A stretch of 64,000 bases of DNA from an archaeon (GTDB lineage: Archaea > Nanobdellota > Nanobdellia > Woesearchaeales > JAADFO01), in contig JBDRHG010000023.1 of NCBI GenBank assembly GCA_043817075.1, positions 11,315 to 75,314 on the forward strand. Reading direction: 5' to 3'. The notes under the pieces were generated by a model. It worked only from the letters and a program-made list of their open reading frames with translations, searched no databases and was not told the origin of the DNA. A program made the translations under genes and the position numbers. This document shows, piece after piece, positions 1 to 8,476 of this stretch; within the stretch, counting starts at the first letter, position 1, and each line of letters starts with the position of its first letter.

Positions 1-311
1 AATCCGGCGGTGATGATCATGACGCCGGAGACGCATGCCTTGCCGCATTCCTCTACGATACTCGGTACAGTGGAGGCGGGAGTCACGATGATGGCGAGGT
101 CAATCGGATCAGGGATGTCGGCTATCTTCTTGTATGCCCGAACGCCCTGCACGCTGCGTCGCTTAGGGTTGACCGGGTAGACCACTCCCTCGAAGCCCTT
201 GCCGATGAGATTGCTCATCACGGCATAGCCGACCTTGCCCTTCGTGCCGCTGGCCCCGATGACGGCAATGGTCTGAGGGGAGAACATCCGTTCGAGCTTT
301 TTGCCGTACAT
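1..311 (-). CDS. ADP-forming acetyl-CoA synthetase / CoA-binding domain protein, N-terminal part (gene runs off the left edge)
   Basis: My own minus-strand translation from ATG at 311 gives MYGKKLERMFSPQTIAVIGASGTKGKVGYAVMSNLIGKGFEGVVYPVNPKRRSVQGVRAYKKIADIPDPIDLAIIVTPASTVPSIVEECGKACVSGVMIITAGF. This matches the conserved N-terminus (IAVIGAS..GK.GY, YPVNP, A(I/V)IV.PA) of archaeal ACD-alpha/CoA-binding proteins. It is missing from the ORF track because it is truncated. Confidence 0.7.
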   Translation of the reverse strand, partial: MYGKKLERMFSPQTIAVIGASGTKGKVGYAVMSNLIGKGFEGVVYPVNPKRRSVQGVRAYKKIADIPDPIDLAIIVTPASTVPSIVEECGKACVSGVMIITAG

Positions 312-314
312 CTC

Positions 315-1301
315 TCATGCACCTCCTCGGAGATCCCAGTATGGGCTGAGCAAATCCTTGGCCTGCGCCACGCGTTCCTGGTATTCTTCCATGACGATGA
401 TCCTTGAATCCGTCGCTTCCTCTTTGTATCTAATAGGCTTGCCGTTGATTCCGTCGATGAAGTTGAACAGGCATCTGGGGAACTCTTCTACGTTGTAGCC
501 TCCTTCGAGGGTCGCGAACATCGGCTTGTGGCCGAAATTTCCTGCCAATGTCTTGCCGATCTCATGGTAGGTCGGGGCGGTGACCCGGAGGTCGAGGAGG
601 AGATCGTGCTGATGCGCGTCGAAGCCCGCTGATATCGCGATGACGTCGGGGTTGAACTGCACCGCTGCCGGCATGAAGCTCCTGACCGCATCGAGGAAGA
701 TGTCGTCCCCGCTTCCGGGCGGGAGCGGCACGCATATGGTGTATCCCTTCCCTGCGCGATGTCCGATCTCGTCCGCTTCGCCTCCGCCTGGGAAAGCGGG
801 ATGCTGATGTATCGACCAGTACAGCACGCGGTCGGATTCAGAGAAGAAATCTACCGTGCCGTCGCCCAGATGGCCGTCGAAGTCGAAGATGAGAACGCGT
901 TTTCCATCGTCCACAAGACGTTGGGTGGCGATTGCGATATTGTTGAATATGCAGAAGCCGCTCGACTGGTCGCGATGCGCGTGATGGCCGGGCGGTCGGA
1001 CGAGAGCGAAGCCGTCCTGCTTCGATGCCAGGATGGTGGCGTTGACTGCGGCCACTGCCGCCTGGAATGAACCATTGGACGCCACAGTGTCTGGATCGAG
1101 GCGCGCTCCTCTATCGGTCGCTTTTTTAGATGCTTCCCGGACACGTGAGATGTATCCGGATGTGTGCACCAAGCTCAAGGGCTTTTCATCCTGCGGAAGC
1201 TTGGTCTCTGGCAAAGGCAGGCATGCCTCTAACCTCTTGCGGTTCTCCGGATGCATCCCAGTGTCATGTTCCAGGAAGATGCTGTTGTAGATTATGTCCA
1301 T
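315..1301 (-). CDS. Histone-deacetylase-family deacetylase (AcuC / acetylpolyamine amidohydrolase-like)
   Basis: ORF 315..1415 carries the HDAC-family signatures RPPGHHA, FCIFNN, FDFDGHLGDG, SAGFDAH and EGGY. I moved the start to ATG 1301 (MDIIYNSIFLEHDTG...). The 38 upstream codons are Cys/Trp-rich and overlap the neighbouring small ORF. Confidence 0.85.
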   Translation of the reverse strand: MDIIYNSIFLEHDTGMHPENRKRLEACLPLPETKLPQDEKPLSLVHTSGYISRVREASKKATDRGARLDPDTVASNGSFQAAVAAVNATILASKQDGFALVRPPGHHAHRDQSSGFCIFNNIAIATQRLVDDGKRVLIFDFDGHLGDGTVDFFSESDRVLYWSIHQHPAFPGGGEADEIGHRAGKGYTICVPLPPGSGDDIFLDAVRSFMPAAVQFNPDVIAISAGFDAHQHDLLLDLRVTAPTYHEIGKTLAGNFGHKPMFATLEGGYNVEEFPRCLFNFIDGINGKPIRYKEEATDSRIIVMEEYQERVAQAKDLLSPYWDLRGGA

Positions 1302-1323
1302 AGAGATTCCCTGATTCACTGGA

Positions 1324-1506
1324 CTATTCGAAATGGCGGTATCGTGAGAGCACCAGCACAGTCCCCACCAGGGAGACGCCGAGCGGGAGCCAGAACAGAT
1401 GGCCGATTGCCCCACAGCACTTGACTCCGAGATACAGCAGGAGTCCGCTTATGAGGAGCAGCACGAAGGAGTCCCCTCGCAGTCTCGTCGCGGTCTTGGG
1501 GTCCAT
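1324..1506 (-). CDS. Hypothetical small membrane protein (60 aa)
   Basis: ORF track entry with two hydrophobic stretches (FVLLLISGLLLYLGV, LPLGVSLVGTVLVL). No recognisable family. Confidence 0.3.
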   Translation of the reverse strand: MDPKTATRLRGDSFVLLLISGLLLYLGVKCCGAIGHLFWLPLGVSLVGTVLVLSRYRHFE

Positions 1507-1508
1507 GT

Positions 1509-1683
1509 CTAGATCACCCCTGCAAGGATATATCCTGCGATCACGGCTCCTAGAAGCTTGGTAGCCTCGGCCACTATCATGACTGATTTCGACTCCTTGC
1601 TCTTGGCGCCCGCGGCCAGCGCGAGGATATAATAGAGTATGACTCCGACAGTGAACAATATTGCCAGAATCGCTTTGTTCATG
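1509..1683 (-). CDS. Hypothetical small membrane protein (57 aa)
   Basis: My own translation gives MNKAILAILFTVGVILYYILALAAGAKSKESKSVMIVAEATKLLGAVIAGYILAGVI*. It falls below the ORF-track length cut-off and lies in tandem with the 1324..1506 ORF. Confidence 0.3.
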
Positions 1684-1740
1684 CCTTGACCTGTCGTTGT
1701 CAGCGTATTAAAACTTTTCCCTTTTCCTGGCCATTATAAA

Positions 1741-1753
1741 AAAGCTTTTATAT
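1741..1753 (+). promoter_or_regulatory. Putative BRE/TATA promoter of pheS (AAAGCTTTTATAT)
   Basis: A/T box centred ~26 nt upstream of ATG 1776. The same AAGCTTTT(T)A(A/T)A motif recurs before other first-in-operon genes in this window. Confidence 0.45.
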
Positions 1754-1775
1754 GCAGACCGAACACGTTTGCCCT

Positions 1776-3329
1776 ATGACCTCGTCGGTGAATGGCAAGG
1801 AGGACGTCAAGGACATCGTCCATAGCTTGTCTCCTGTGGAACGTGACCTCGCACCTCATCTTTCCTCCGGTTCGACCGCCACCGACCTGATGAAGTCTGC
1901 CAAGGCCGATTTCGTCACTGTGATGCGCGGTCTCGAATTCCTCTCGAACAAGGGCGCGGTCACGCTGCGCATCGAGACCGAGGACGTGGTGCAGCTCGAC
2001 ACCAACGGCAAGACCTATCTGAAGTCAGGTCTTCCCGAGCGCCGTTTCCTCACCGCCATACTCAAAGGTCCGGTGTCGAAAGGATCGCTCGTCAAGGACC
2101 ACGGTCTCTCTGAGGATGAGGTCACGGTCGCCATCGGACTCCTGAAGCGTCGTGCTGCGATCGAGATCACTCGCGACAAGGATCTCGTCTTCTCAATCAC
2201 CCCAGGAGGAAAGCAGGATCTGGAGAAGGAATCCCTCGAAGAGGCCTTCCTCAAGCAGCTGCCCCTCTCTGAAGGCGATATCAAAGAGGAGAAGAAATAC
2301 GCATACGACCAGTTGATCAAGCGGAAAGGCATCATCAAGCGGGACCGGGTCAAGACCGTCCATTACAAGGTCACTCCCCTTGGCAAGAAAGTGATGTCGG
2401 CCAAACATGACCACACGCTCCTCGAGCGGGTCACGCCTGGCATGCTCAAGACCGGAGGCTGGCGCGACAAGGAATTCCGCCGCTTCGACATCACCTCTCC
2501 TGTGCCGAAAGTGTCAGGCGGCAGGAGACATTTCGTCAAGCAGGCCGAGGATTATGCCCGCAGCATCTGGCTCGAGATGGGTTTCTGCGAGATGAGCGGT
2601 CCCATCGTCAACACGTCATTCTGGAATTTCGACGCTCTGTTCACGGCCCAGGACCATCCGGTGCGGGACCTGCAGGACACTTTCTATATGGACAAGCCTG
2701 AGAAAGGCAAGCTTCCTGATAAGCGATTCGTCGAGGGCGTCAAGCATGCCCATGAGGACGGAGGCAAGAGCGGTAGCTCAGGCTGGGGCGGTTCCTGGGA
2801 TCCAGAGGAGGCGCAACGTAATGTGCTGCGTACCCATACGACCGTCCTGTCGTCGCAGACGCTTTCCCGCATCAAGGAAGGCTGTATCCCGGCGAAGTAT
2901 TTCTCTTTCGGGCGATGCTTCCGTAATGAGGCCGTCGATTGGTCGCATCTCTTCGAGTTCAACCAGACCGAAGGCATCGTCATCGACGAGAATGCCAACT
3001 TCACCCATCTGCTCGGATATCTCAAGGAATTCTTCCGCAAGATGGGGTTCGACAAGGCGAGGTTCCGGCCCGCCCATTTCCCCTATACTGAACCGAGCGT
3101 CGAGATAGATGTCTATCATCCCGGCCACAAGAAGTGGATAGAGCTCGGCGGAGCAGGAATGTTCCGACCTGAGGTGACCGTACCGCTGCTCGGACGAGAG
3201 GTGCCTGTGCTCGCATGGGGACCGGGATTCGACCGTATCATCATGGATTATTACAAGCTCAAGGACCTTCGGGACCTGTACCGCAACAATTTGGATCAGA
3301 TGCGCCAGATGAAGGCGTGGATGCGATAG
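1776..3329 (+). CDS. pheS: Phenylalanine--tRNA ligase alpha subunit (archaeal type)
   Basis: ORF 1752..3329 shows class II aaRS motifs (FRNEAVDWSHLFEFNQTEG, GAGMFRPEV, WGPGFDR) and a long archaeal/eukaryal-type N-terminal region. I moved the start to ATG 1776 (MTSSVNGK) because the TATA-like box overlaps the ORF-track start. Confidence 0.9.
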   Translation: MTSSVNGKEDVKDIVHSLSPVERDLAPHLSSGSTATDLMKSAKADFVTVMRGLEFLSNKGAVTLRIETEDVVQLDTNGKTYLKSGLPERRFLTAILKGPVSKGSLVKDHGLSEDEVTVAIGLLKRRAAIEITRDKDLVFSITPGGKQDLEKESLEEAFLKQLPLSEGDIKEEKKYAYDQLIKRKGIIKRDRVKTVHYKVTPLGKKVMSAKHDHTLLERVTPGMLKTGGWRDKEFRRFDITSPVPKVSGGRRHFVKQAEDYARSIWLEMGFCEMSGPIVNTSFWNFDALFTAQDHPVRDLQDTFYMDKPEKGKLPDKRFVEGVKHAHEDGGKSGSSGWGGSWDPEEAQRNVLRTHTTVLSSQTLSRIKEGCIPAKYFSFGRCFRNEAVDWSHLFEFNQTEGIVIDENANFTHLLGYLKEFFRKMGFDKARFRPAHFPYTEPSVEIDVYHPGHKKWIELGGAGMFRPEVTVPLLGREVPVLAWGPGFDRIIMDYYKLKDLRDLYRNNLDQMRQMKAWMR

Positions 3330-3354
3330 TGAGACTGATTATGAGACTGACAAT

Positions 3355-5025
3355 ATGCCGACCGTCACACTGAACCGGAAAGTCTTCGAGGACCTCGTGG
3401 GCAAGAAGCTCAAAGAGGAGGAGCTCAAGGACCGCATCAGCATGCTCGGCACCGACCTGGAGAAGGTCGACGCCGCAGAGATCCAGGTAGAGATATTCCC
3501 CAACCGTCCTGACATGCTCTCGGAGCAAGGATTCGCCCGCGCATTCTCCTCGTTCATCGGCAAGGAGACAGGTTTGAGACGTTTCTCGCATAAGAAGTCG
3601 GGCTGCAAGCTCATCGTGGAGAAATCGTTACCCAAAGAGTGGCCATATGCGTTCGCCTGCATCGTGCGCGGTCTGCAGTTCAATGACGAGCGCATCCGTG
3701 AGGTCGTCCAGATCCAGGAGAAGCTGGGCATGACCCTGCTGCGGCAGCGCAAGAAAGGCGGTATCGGGCTCTATCCTCTTGAGAAGATAACTTTCCCGGT
3801 CCGCTTCGTCGGCATGGACCCGGACAAGATAGCGTTCCGGCCATTAGAGTATCCGAGCAAGATCAGCGGACGACAGATGCTGTCCAAGCATCCGACCGGC
3901 AGGAAATACGCTCAGATCTGCGAATCGTGGAAGCGCTTCCCGGTGTTCGTGGACGACAAGGGCGTCATCATGTCCATGCCGCCCATCATCAATTCCCACG
4001 ATGTGGGCAAGATCAGCGAGGATACCGAGGACGTCTTCGTCGAGGTCACCGGCAACGATCCCATCCAGACCCGGACCGCATTGACCATCATCGTCACCGC
4101 GCTCGCCGAGATGGGTGGGCAGATCGAGACCATCGATTGCGTCCAGCAGGACGGCTCGGTCTCGGCAATCCCTGACCTTGAGCCCAAGCGCATGAAGCTC
4201 GACATCGACTACTGCAACCGTTGGCTCGGTCTCGGCATATCGGAGAAGCAGGCAAAGGAGCTGCTCGCGAGGATGGGCTTCGGCTATGAGAGAGGTGAGG
4301 TGTTGATCCCTGCGTATCGCGCTGACATCATGCATCAGGTCGACCTGTTCGAAGACATCGCGATCGCCTATGGCTATGAGAATATCGCCGAGGAGATCCC
4401 TCGCATCACCACCATCGGCCATGAGGATCCGATGACCATCTTCAGACGACGGGTGGCGCATGTGCTCGGCGGCCTCGGTCTGCTCGAGCTCAACACCTAT
4501 CATCTCAGCAACGAGCAAGACCAGGGCGTGCGCATGAATGCCAAGATCCCTCTGCTCAAGGTCCGCAATGCGGTCAACCAGGACTATACTGCGCTGCGCG
4601 CATGGATGCTTCCGACCCTTCTCGATGTGTTGGGGCGAAATACCCATAATGAATATCCTCAAGAGATATACGATGCCGGCGTCGTGTTCTCACCGGACCC
4701 GTCCACCGAGACCGGTGTCGCGGAACGATTCTCCTTAGGGGTAGCGGTATGTGGCGCCGACGCAGGGTATACTCGTGCCAGACAGGTACTCGACTATCTC
4801 TTACGCATGCTCGGTCTCGAACATACCATCAAGGTGTCTGCCCATGGTTCTTTCATCCCTGGCAGGATCGGTAGGGTGTTGGTGGGCAAGAAGGACATCG
4901 GCATGATCGGCGAGATACACCCTCAGGTGCTGGAGAACTGGGGCATTGAGATGCCGGCTGCGGCATTCGAGATAGATCTTTCTGCATTGTTCTCTCTCGT
5001 TGAAAAACAACGGGACAGGAAGTAA
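3355..5025 (+). CDS. pheT: Phenylalanine--tRNA ligase beta subunit (archaeal type)
   Basis: 556 aa beginning MPTVTLNRKVFEDLVGKKL, typical of the archaeal PheT N-terminus. Directly downstream of pheS. Confidence 0.9.
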   Translation: MPTVTLNRKVFEDLVGKKLKEEELKDRISMLGTDLEKVDAAEIQVEIFPNRPDMLSEQGFARAFSSFIGKETGLRRFSHKKSGCKLIVEKSLPKEWPYAFACIVRGLQFNDERIREVVQIQEKLGMTLLRQRKKGGIGLYPLEKITFPVRFVGMDPDKIAFRPLEYPSKISGRQMLSKHPTGRKYAQICESWKRFPVFVDDKGVIMSMPPIINSHDVGKISEDTEDVFVEVTGNDPIQTRTALTIIVTALAEMGGQIETIDCVQQDGSVSAIPDLEPKRMKLDIDYCNRWLGLGISEKQAKELLARMGFGYERGEVLIPAYRADIMHQVDLFEDIAIAYGYENIAEEIPRITTIGHEDPMTIFRRRVAHVLGGLGLLELNTYHLSNEQDQGVRMNAKIPLLKVRNAVNQDYTALRAWMLPTLLDVLGRNTHNEYPQEIYDAGVVFSPDPSTETGVAERFSLGVAVCGADAGYTRARQVLDYLLRMLGLEHTIKVSAHGSFIPGRIGRVLVGKKDIGMIGEIHPQVLENWGIEMPAAAFEIDLSALFSLVEKQRDRK

Positions 5026-5066
5026 GATACGAATTCGAAAAAAAGAGAGAAAAAATAGCTGATTGC

Positions 5067-5555
5067 TTATTCAGCTTTCTCGACAGTCTTCTTGGGAGTT
5101 TCCTTGGGTTTCTCTATCTTCTCTTCGGGCTGCTCCTTTTCGACCGCTTTCTCGAGCGGAGACTCGTCCTCGGTCGGTGCCTTCTCCACTTTCTGGGGTG
5201 AGGCCACGGCGATCGGCTTGTCAGCTTTCTTCACGGGTGCTTTGGATTTGGGTTCAGGAGCCTTCTTCTCCTTCTTCTTGTGCTCCCGTTTGGGTCTTTC
5301 AGCCGCGTTTTTCGGCTTAGTGGACCAGACCTTGTAGCCTGCCTTCTCGAAAGCCTTGGCCACTTCCTCGTGGGAAGCGCCCTTCTTGATGTCAACTATT
5401 TCATCAATGGGCTCAAGATGGACGAGATTGCATTTACGTCGGCGGACTCCGCCGTCGATGAGAACGAATATATCGTCGATCTTCTCGACGATAGCACATT
5501 TCTGGCCAGCGTCACGGCCAGCGATCTTGACACAGATTCTTCCAATTTCGAACAT
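5067..5555 (-). CDS. rpl14e: 50S ribosomal protein L14e with long K/E/P/A-rich C-terminal tail
   Basis: N-terminal ~85 aa (MFEIGRICVKIAGRDAGQKCAIVEKIDDIFVLIDGGVRRRKCNLVHLEP...) is the KOW-type L14e fold. The remainder is low complexity (KREHKKKEKKAPEPKSKAPVKKADKP...). Confidence 0.85.
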   Translation of the reverse strand: MFEIGRICVKIAGRDAGQKCAIVEKIDDIFVLIDGGVRRRKCNLVHLEPIDEIVDIKKGASHEEVAKAFEKAGYKVWSTKPKNAAERPKREHKKKEKKAPEPKSKAPVKKADKPIAVASPQKVEKAPTEDESPLEKAVEKEQPEEKIEKPKETPKKTVEKAE

Positions 5556-5622
5556 GGTAACGACCTCCGTTAGGTTCTATCCCCTGCACGTCGCCGCACA
5601 GGTTCACATGGTTTTTGAGGTT

Positions 5623-5901
5623 TCAAACCTTCTTCTCAGCGACCGCGGCTTTGACGATGCGTTTCCTGGTGCATCTTGAGCAAAGCACGCCACCGAAGGG
5701 GCGCTCAGGCCTCTTCTGGGTCTTGGGCATATTCCGCAGCTCGGCTCGGCCAGCCCGCGGGATGCCATGCAGAATGGCGCGACATTCGCCACAATGTACC
5801 TGTTTTGGCCTTCTATCTTCGTAATGAGTAGTGTTACGTCCACCCGGCAAAGCCTTGTGCACGCGGGCCATTGATCGTGATTTCCTTCTTCCTTCAACCA
5901 T
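5623..5901 (-). CDS. rpl34e: 50S ribosomal protein L34e
   Basis: 92 aa with a CGEC...CSRC zinc-ribbon spacing and a basic composition typical of L34e (RRPKQVHCGECRAILHGIPR...). Confidence 0.85.
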   Translation of the reverse strand: MVEGRRKSRSMARVHKALPGGRNTTHYEDRRPKQVHCGECRAILHGIPRAGRAELRNMPKTQKRPERPFGGVLCSRCTRKRIVKAAVAEKKV

Positions 5902-6035
5902 TTGTTAACACCTACAGGAGGGGGAGGAACCGAGGGCCCTTTAAAAGCTTTTGGGTCTAGGGCGCTTCAAGAGGTCTTCAGGGACCGTTTCGCCTACTGC
6001 TGGTGATTCAAGGCTAGATGGCTAGTGCTTGTCTT

Positions 6036-7157
6036 TCATTTTGGAGCCGTATCCGGTTTATTCACGATCTGCATATGCGGGTATGCTATCTCGATGTCCT
6101 TCCCTTTCCTGATCTGGTCAAGAAATGCGATGTTTATCTCTGTCCGGTTCTTCCTGATCTCATCATAAGGACATTTATACTGGGCGATGAGCTCGATCGC
6201 AGAATCGAGCATCTCGATACGGATCAATGGCTTGAACTCTTCTTCCAGCTCTTTTAGGTCATGCTCCAACTCTTCTTTCTCGTTCTTGAGCTGTTCGATA
6301 TAGACCGATTCCTCATGTACCTGGGACTTTTCATCGCTTTTCGGATCGATCCATTTCGCGATGAGGTCGTTCAAGTCACTCTTCTGTTTGATTATCTTCT
6401 TGAAGTACTTGGATTTATTCATCTTGATCTGTTTGATGATGATGTCTCGCAGCAATCTTATCGCTTTATGATAGTCGCTCTCATACGTGATGGATATCCT
6501 CAGTTCGTTGACGATATAGTTTGATTCTTTCGTGAAATTCTCGACCTCAGTCGATAGTATGAACTCATTGGGGAACGAGATCGTCTTGCCGCTGAGCACA
6601 TCCGAGGATTGCAACAGCCCTTCTACGATCGTGTTCATGACTTGGATTTCCTTGACGTCGCCGATGACATCATGTATTTTTATCCTATCTCCTTCAGTAT
6701 AAAGCTCCTTGAACAGGATGACGAGCCAACCGACGAAGTTGAGTATGGGCTTCTGTAGCGCAAAGGTCAGACCGAAACCGACGAGTCCCAGTGACGCTAC
6801 CAGCGCGGTCAGGTCACCGATGAATATGGAGAGCGAGAATACGATGAAAACGGCCCAGATGAGGAATGACAGCAGCTTGTTGATGGTCGGGGTCTTGTCG
6901 CTCTTTCCCAGCTGGCTCATCAAGAATTTTATTGTCCTCCGTAGGATGTTCTCAGCTATTTTAAGCAAGAGGAAGACGCCGAATATCATGATCAATTTTT
7001 TTATACCCGATAACGCCAGGTTGAATATGAGTTCTTTGTTGTCGAGTACAACGGATAAGCAAAGATTCCTGCATGATAGCCAGAAATAACAGGCCAGCGC
7101 GATTGAAAGGCCGGAAAGGATCAGTCCGTACTTCACCAGATCTTTTTTTAGGATCAT
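6036..7157 (-). CDS. Mechanosensitive ion channel (MscS family) protein
   Basis: 373 aa with N-terminal TM helices followed by the MscS beta-domain pattern (GDRIKIHDVIGDVKEIQVMNTIVEG). The gene is visibly more AT-rich than its neighbours. Confidence 0.8.
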   Translation of the reverse strand: MILKKDLVKYGLILSGLSIALACYFWLSCRNLCLSVVLDNKELIFNLALSGIKKLIMIFGVFLLLKIAENILRRTIKFLMSQLGKSDKTPTINKLLSFLIWAVFIVFSLSIFIGDLTALVASLGLVGFGLTFALQKPILNFVGWLVILFKELYTEGDRIKIHDVIGDVKEIQVMNTIVEGLLQSSDVLSGKTISFPNEFILSTEVENFTKESNYIVNELRISITYESDYHKAIRLLRDIIIKQIKMNKSKYFKKIIKQKSDLNDLIAKWIDPKSDEKSQVHEESVYIEQLKNEKEELEHDLKELEEEFKPLIRIEMLDSAIELIAQYKCPYDEIRKNRTEINIAFLDQIRKGKDIEIAYPHMQIVNKPDTAPK

Positions 7158-7372
7158 TGTCTTAGCAGTATAGAAACACCATTTAAATAGTTAACGAAAA
7201 GGTATATTGGTATAGGATAATCTGGTCATGTTGGGTTGCGTAAGCAATCTTTAGGTTGTTTTTGCAATCGGTGTGGTGTTCTTTTATATTCTGCTGTCAG
7301 AAGGATTCGAATTAAGTTACTATTTTAGGGTGGTAAAATATCGAAACATTTATATGCTCGGTCTCCCTTAAG

Positions 7373-8056
7373 ATGCATATGCCTCAGCCCCGCTTCGCTA
7401 GGATTGGACTTTTCCATCATGATTGCTGGCATTCGAAGGTGATCAGCCGTTTCGGCGTCCTGGTCAGTGAGCTCAACCATCGTCTCGAGACCAGACAGGG
7501 CGATGTCAACAAGGTCACCGGTATGTTCACGATCGACGGTCCAAAGGCCGAGGTGCAACGAGCGCTGTCTTATGTACGCCGTCGGCCAAATATGCTCTCT
7601 TATACCCCCATCTCCATCGGTAAGACCAAGGCGTTTTCCGTCACCTGGAAAGCGAATAAGACTGCATTTGACTATGTCTTCGACGCCGGCTGCATCTATG
7701 CGTCCAAAGTGTATACTCGGGAGGGCTTCGAGGCCTTCGACGTCCTCACACCTGATCTCAATCGTGTGCGCAAGGAGATCGCGGATTCGCATGACGTCGG
7801 TCAGTTCCGTCTGTTCTCGGCGACCGACTCGATGTCTGATTTCTCTTCTCTCACCGAGGCCCAGCGCGAAGCAGTGGTGAGCGCCTATCAGCAGGGCTAT
7901 TATTCCTGGCCCCGAAAGAAGAATCTGGACGATGTCGCGACAGGCGCAGGCAAGAAACGTTCCGCATTCCACGAGACGCTGCGTAGGGCAGAGTCCAAGC
8001 TCATCCCGCGGGCGGTCGAGCAGATGCTGCGGGATCAGACCGACCCCAACGCATAG
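7373..8056 (+). CDS. HTH_10 (bacterio-opsin activator-type) DNA-binding regulator
   Basis: C-terminal LTEAQREAVVSAYQQGYYSWPRKKNLDDVATGAGKKRSAFHETLRRAESKL is the classic archaeal HTH_10 motif. An ATTTATAT box at 7348-7355 favours a leaderless start at ATG 7373 or 7379. Confidence 0.7.
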   Translation: MHMPQPRFARIGLFHHDCWHSKVISRFGVLVSELNHRLETRQGDVNKVTGMFTIDGPKAEVQRALSYVRRRPNMLSYTPISIGKTKAFSVTWKANKTAFDYVFDAGCIYASKVYTREGFEAFDVLTPDLNRVRKEIADSHDVGQFRLFSATDSMSDFSSLTEAQREAVVSAYQQGYYSWPRKKNLDDVATGAGKKRSAFHETLRRAESKLIPRAVEQMLRDQTDPNA

Positions 8057-8064
8057 AATTCTCT

Positions 8065-8472
8065 TCAGCCGGTGAGATCGCCTTTGACCATGCCTTCTTG
8101 CATCAGCTTGCCGACCTTGCTGTCGCCATGCTGGGCGAAGAAAGCTTGCATGAAGTCGCTCTCAGTGCCGCAGTGCTCGGAGATCGCGCCGATACCCCCG
8201 GGATGACGGGACACGTAATCGGTGATGTCATACGCATTGCCTTCGAATCCTACCCAGCAGTCTTCAGGAGTATCGTGTTCGCTTAGATTGGCCATGGTGA
8301 CTGTCGAATCCTGCATCTCGGGTTCGGATTCTTCGTTTGGTGCCGCATCAGGCACGATGATCTGGATCTGCTCGCTCTCTGTAGGGGCCGTTGTCGGTCG
8401 AGGAGTAGTTTCAGTGGTCGCGCACGCGCTGATAAGCACAAGCGTCGCAAGGATGAGATGCATAGCTTTCAT
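8065..8472 (-). CDS. Secreted/lipoprotein-type cytochrome b5-like heme/steroid-binding domain protein
   Basis: Signal peptide with a lipobox-like LISAC, a T/P/E-rich linker, then HDTPEDCWVGFEGNAYDITDYVSRHPGG (cyt-b5 family signature). Confidence 0.7.
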   Translation of the reverse strand: MKAMHLILATLVLISACATTETTPRPTTAPTESEQIQIIVPDAAPNEESEPEMQDSTVTMANLSEHDTPEDCWVGFEGNAYDITDYVSRHPGGIGAISEHCGTESDFMQAFFAQHGDSKVGKLMQEGMVKGDLTG

Positions 8473-8476
8473 TTTT

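Noticed and set aside
3844-4662. 272-aa minus-strand ORF inside pheT
   Set aside because: It is antisense to a confidently identified gene. Its product is Arg/Asp/His-rich with no motif. Long antisense ORFs like this are expected in G+C-rich coding DNA.
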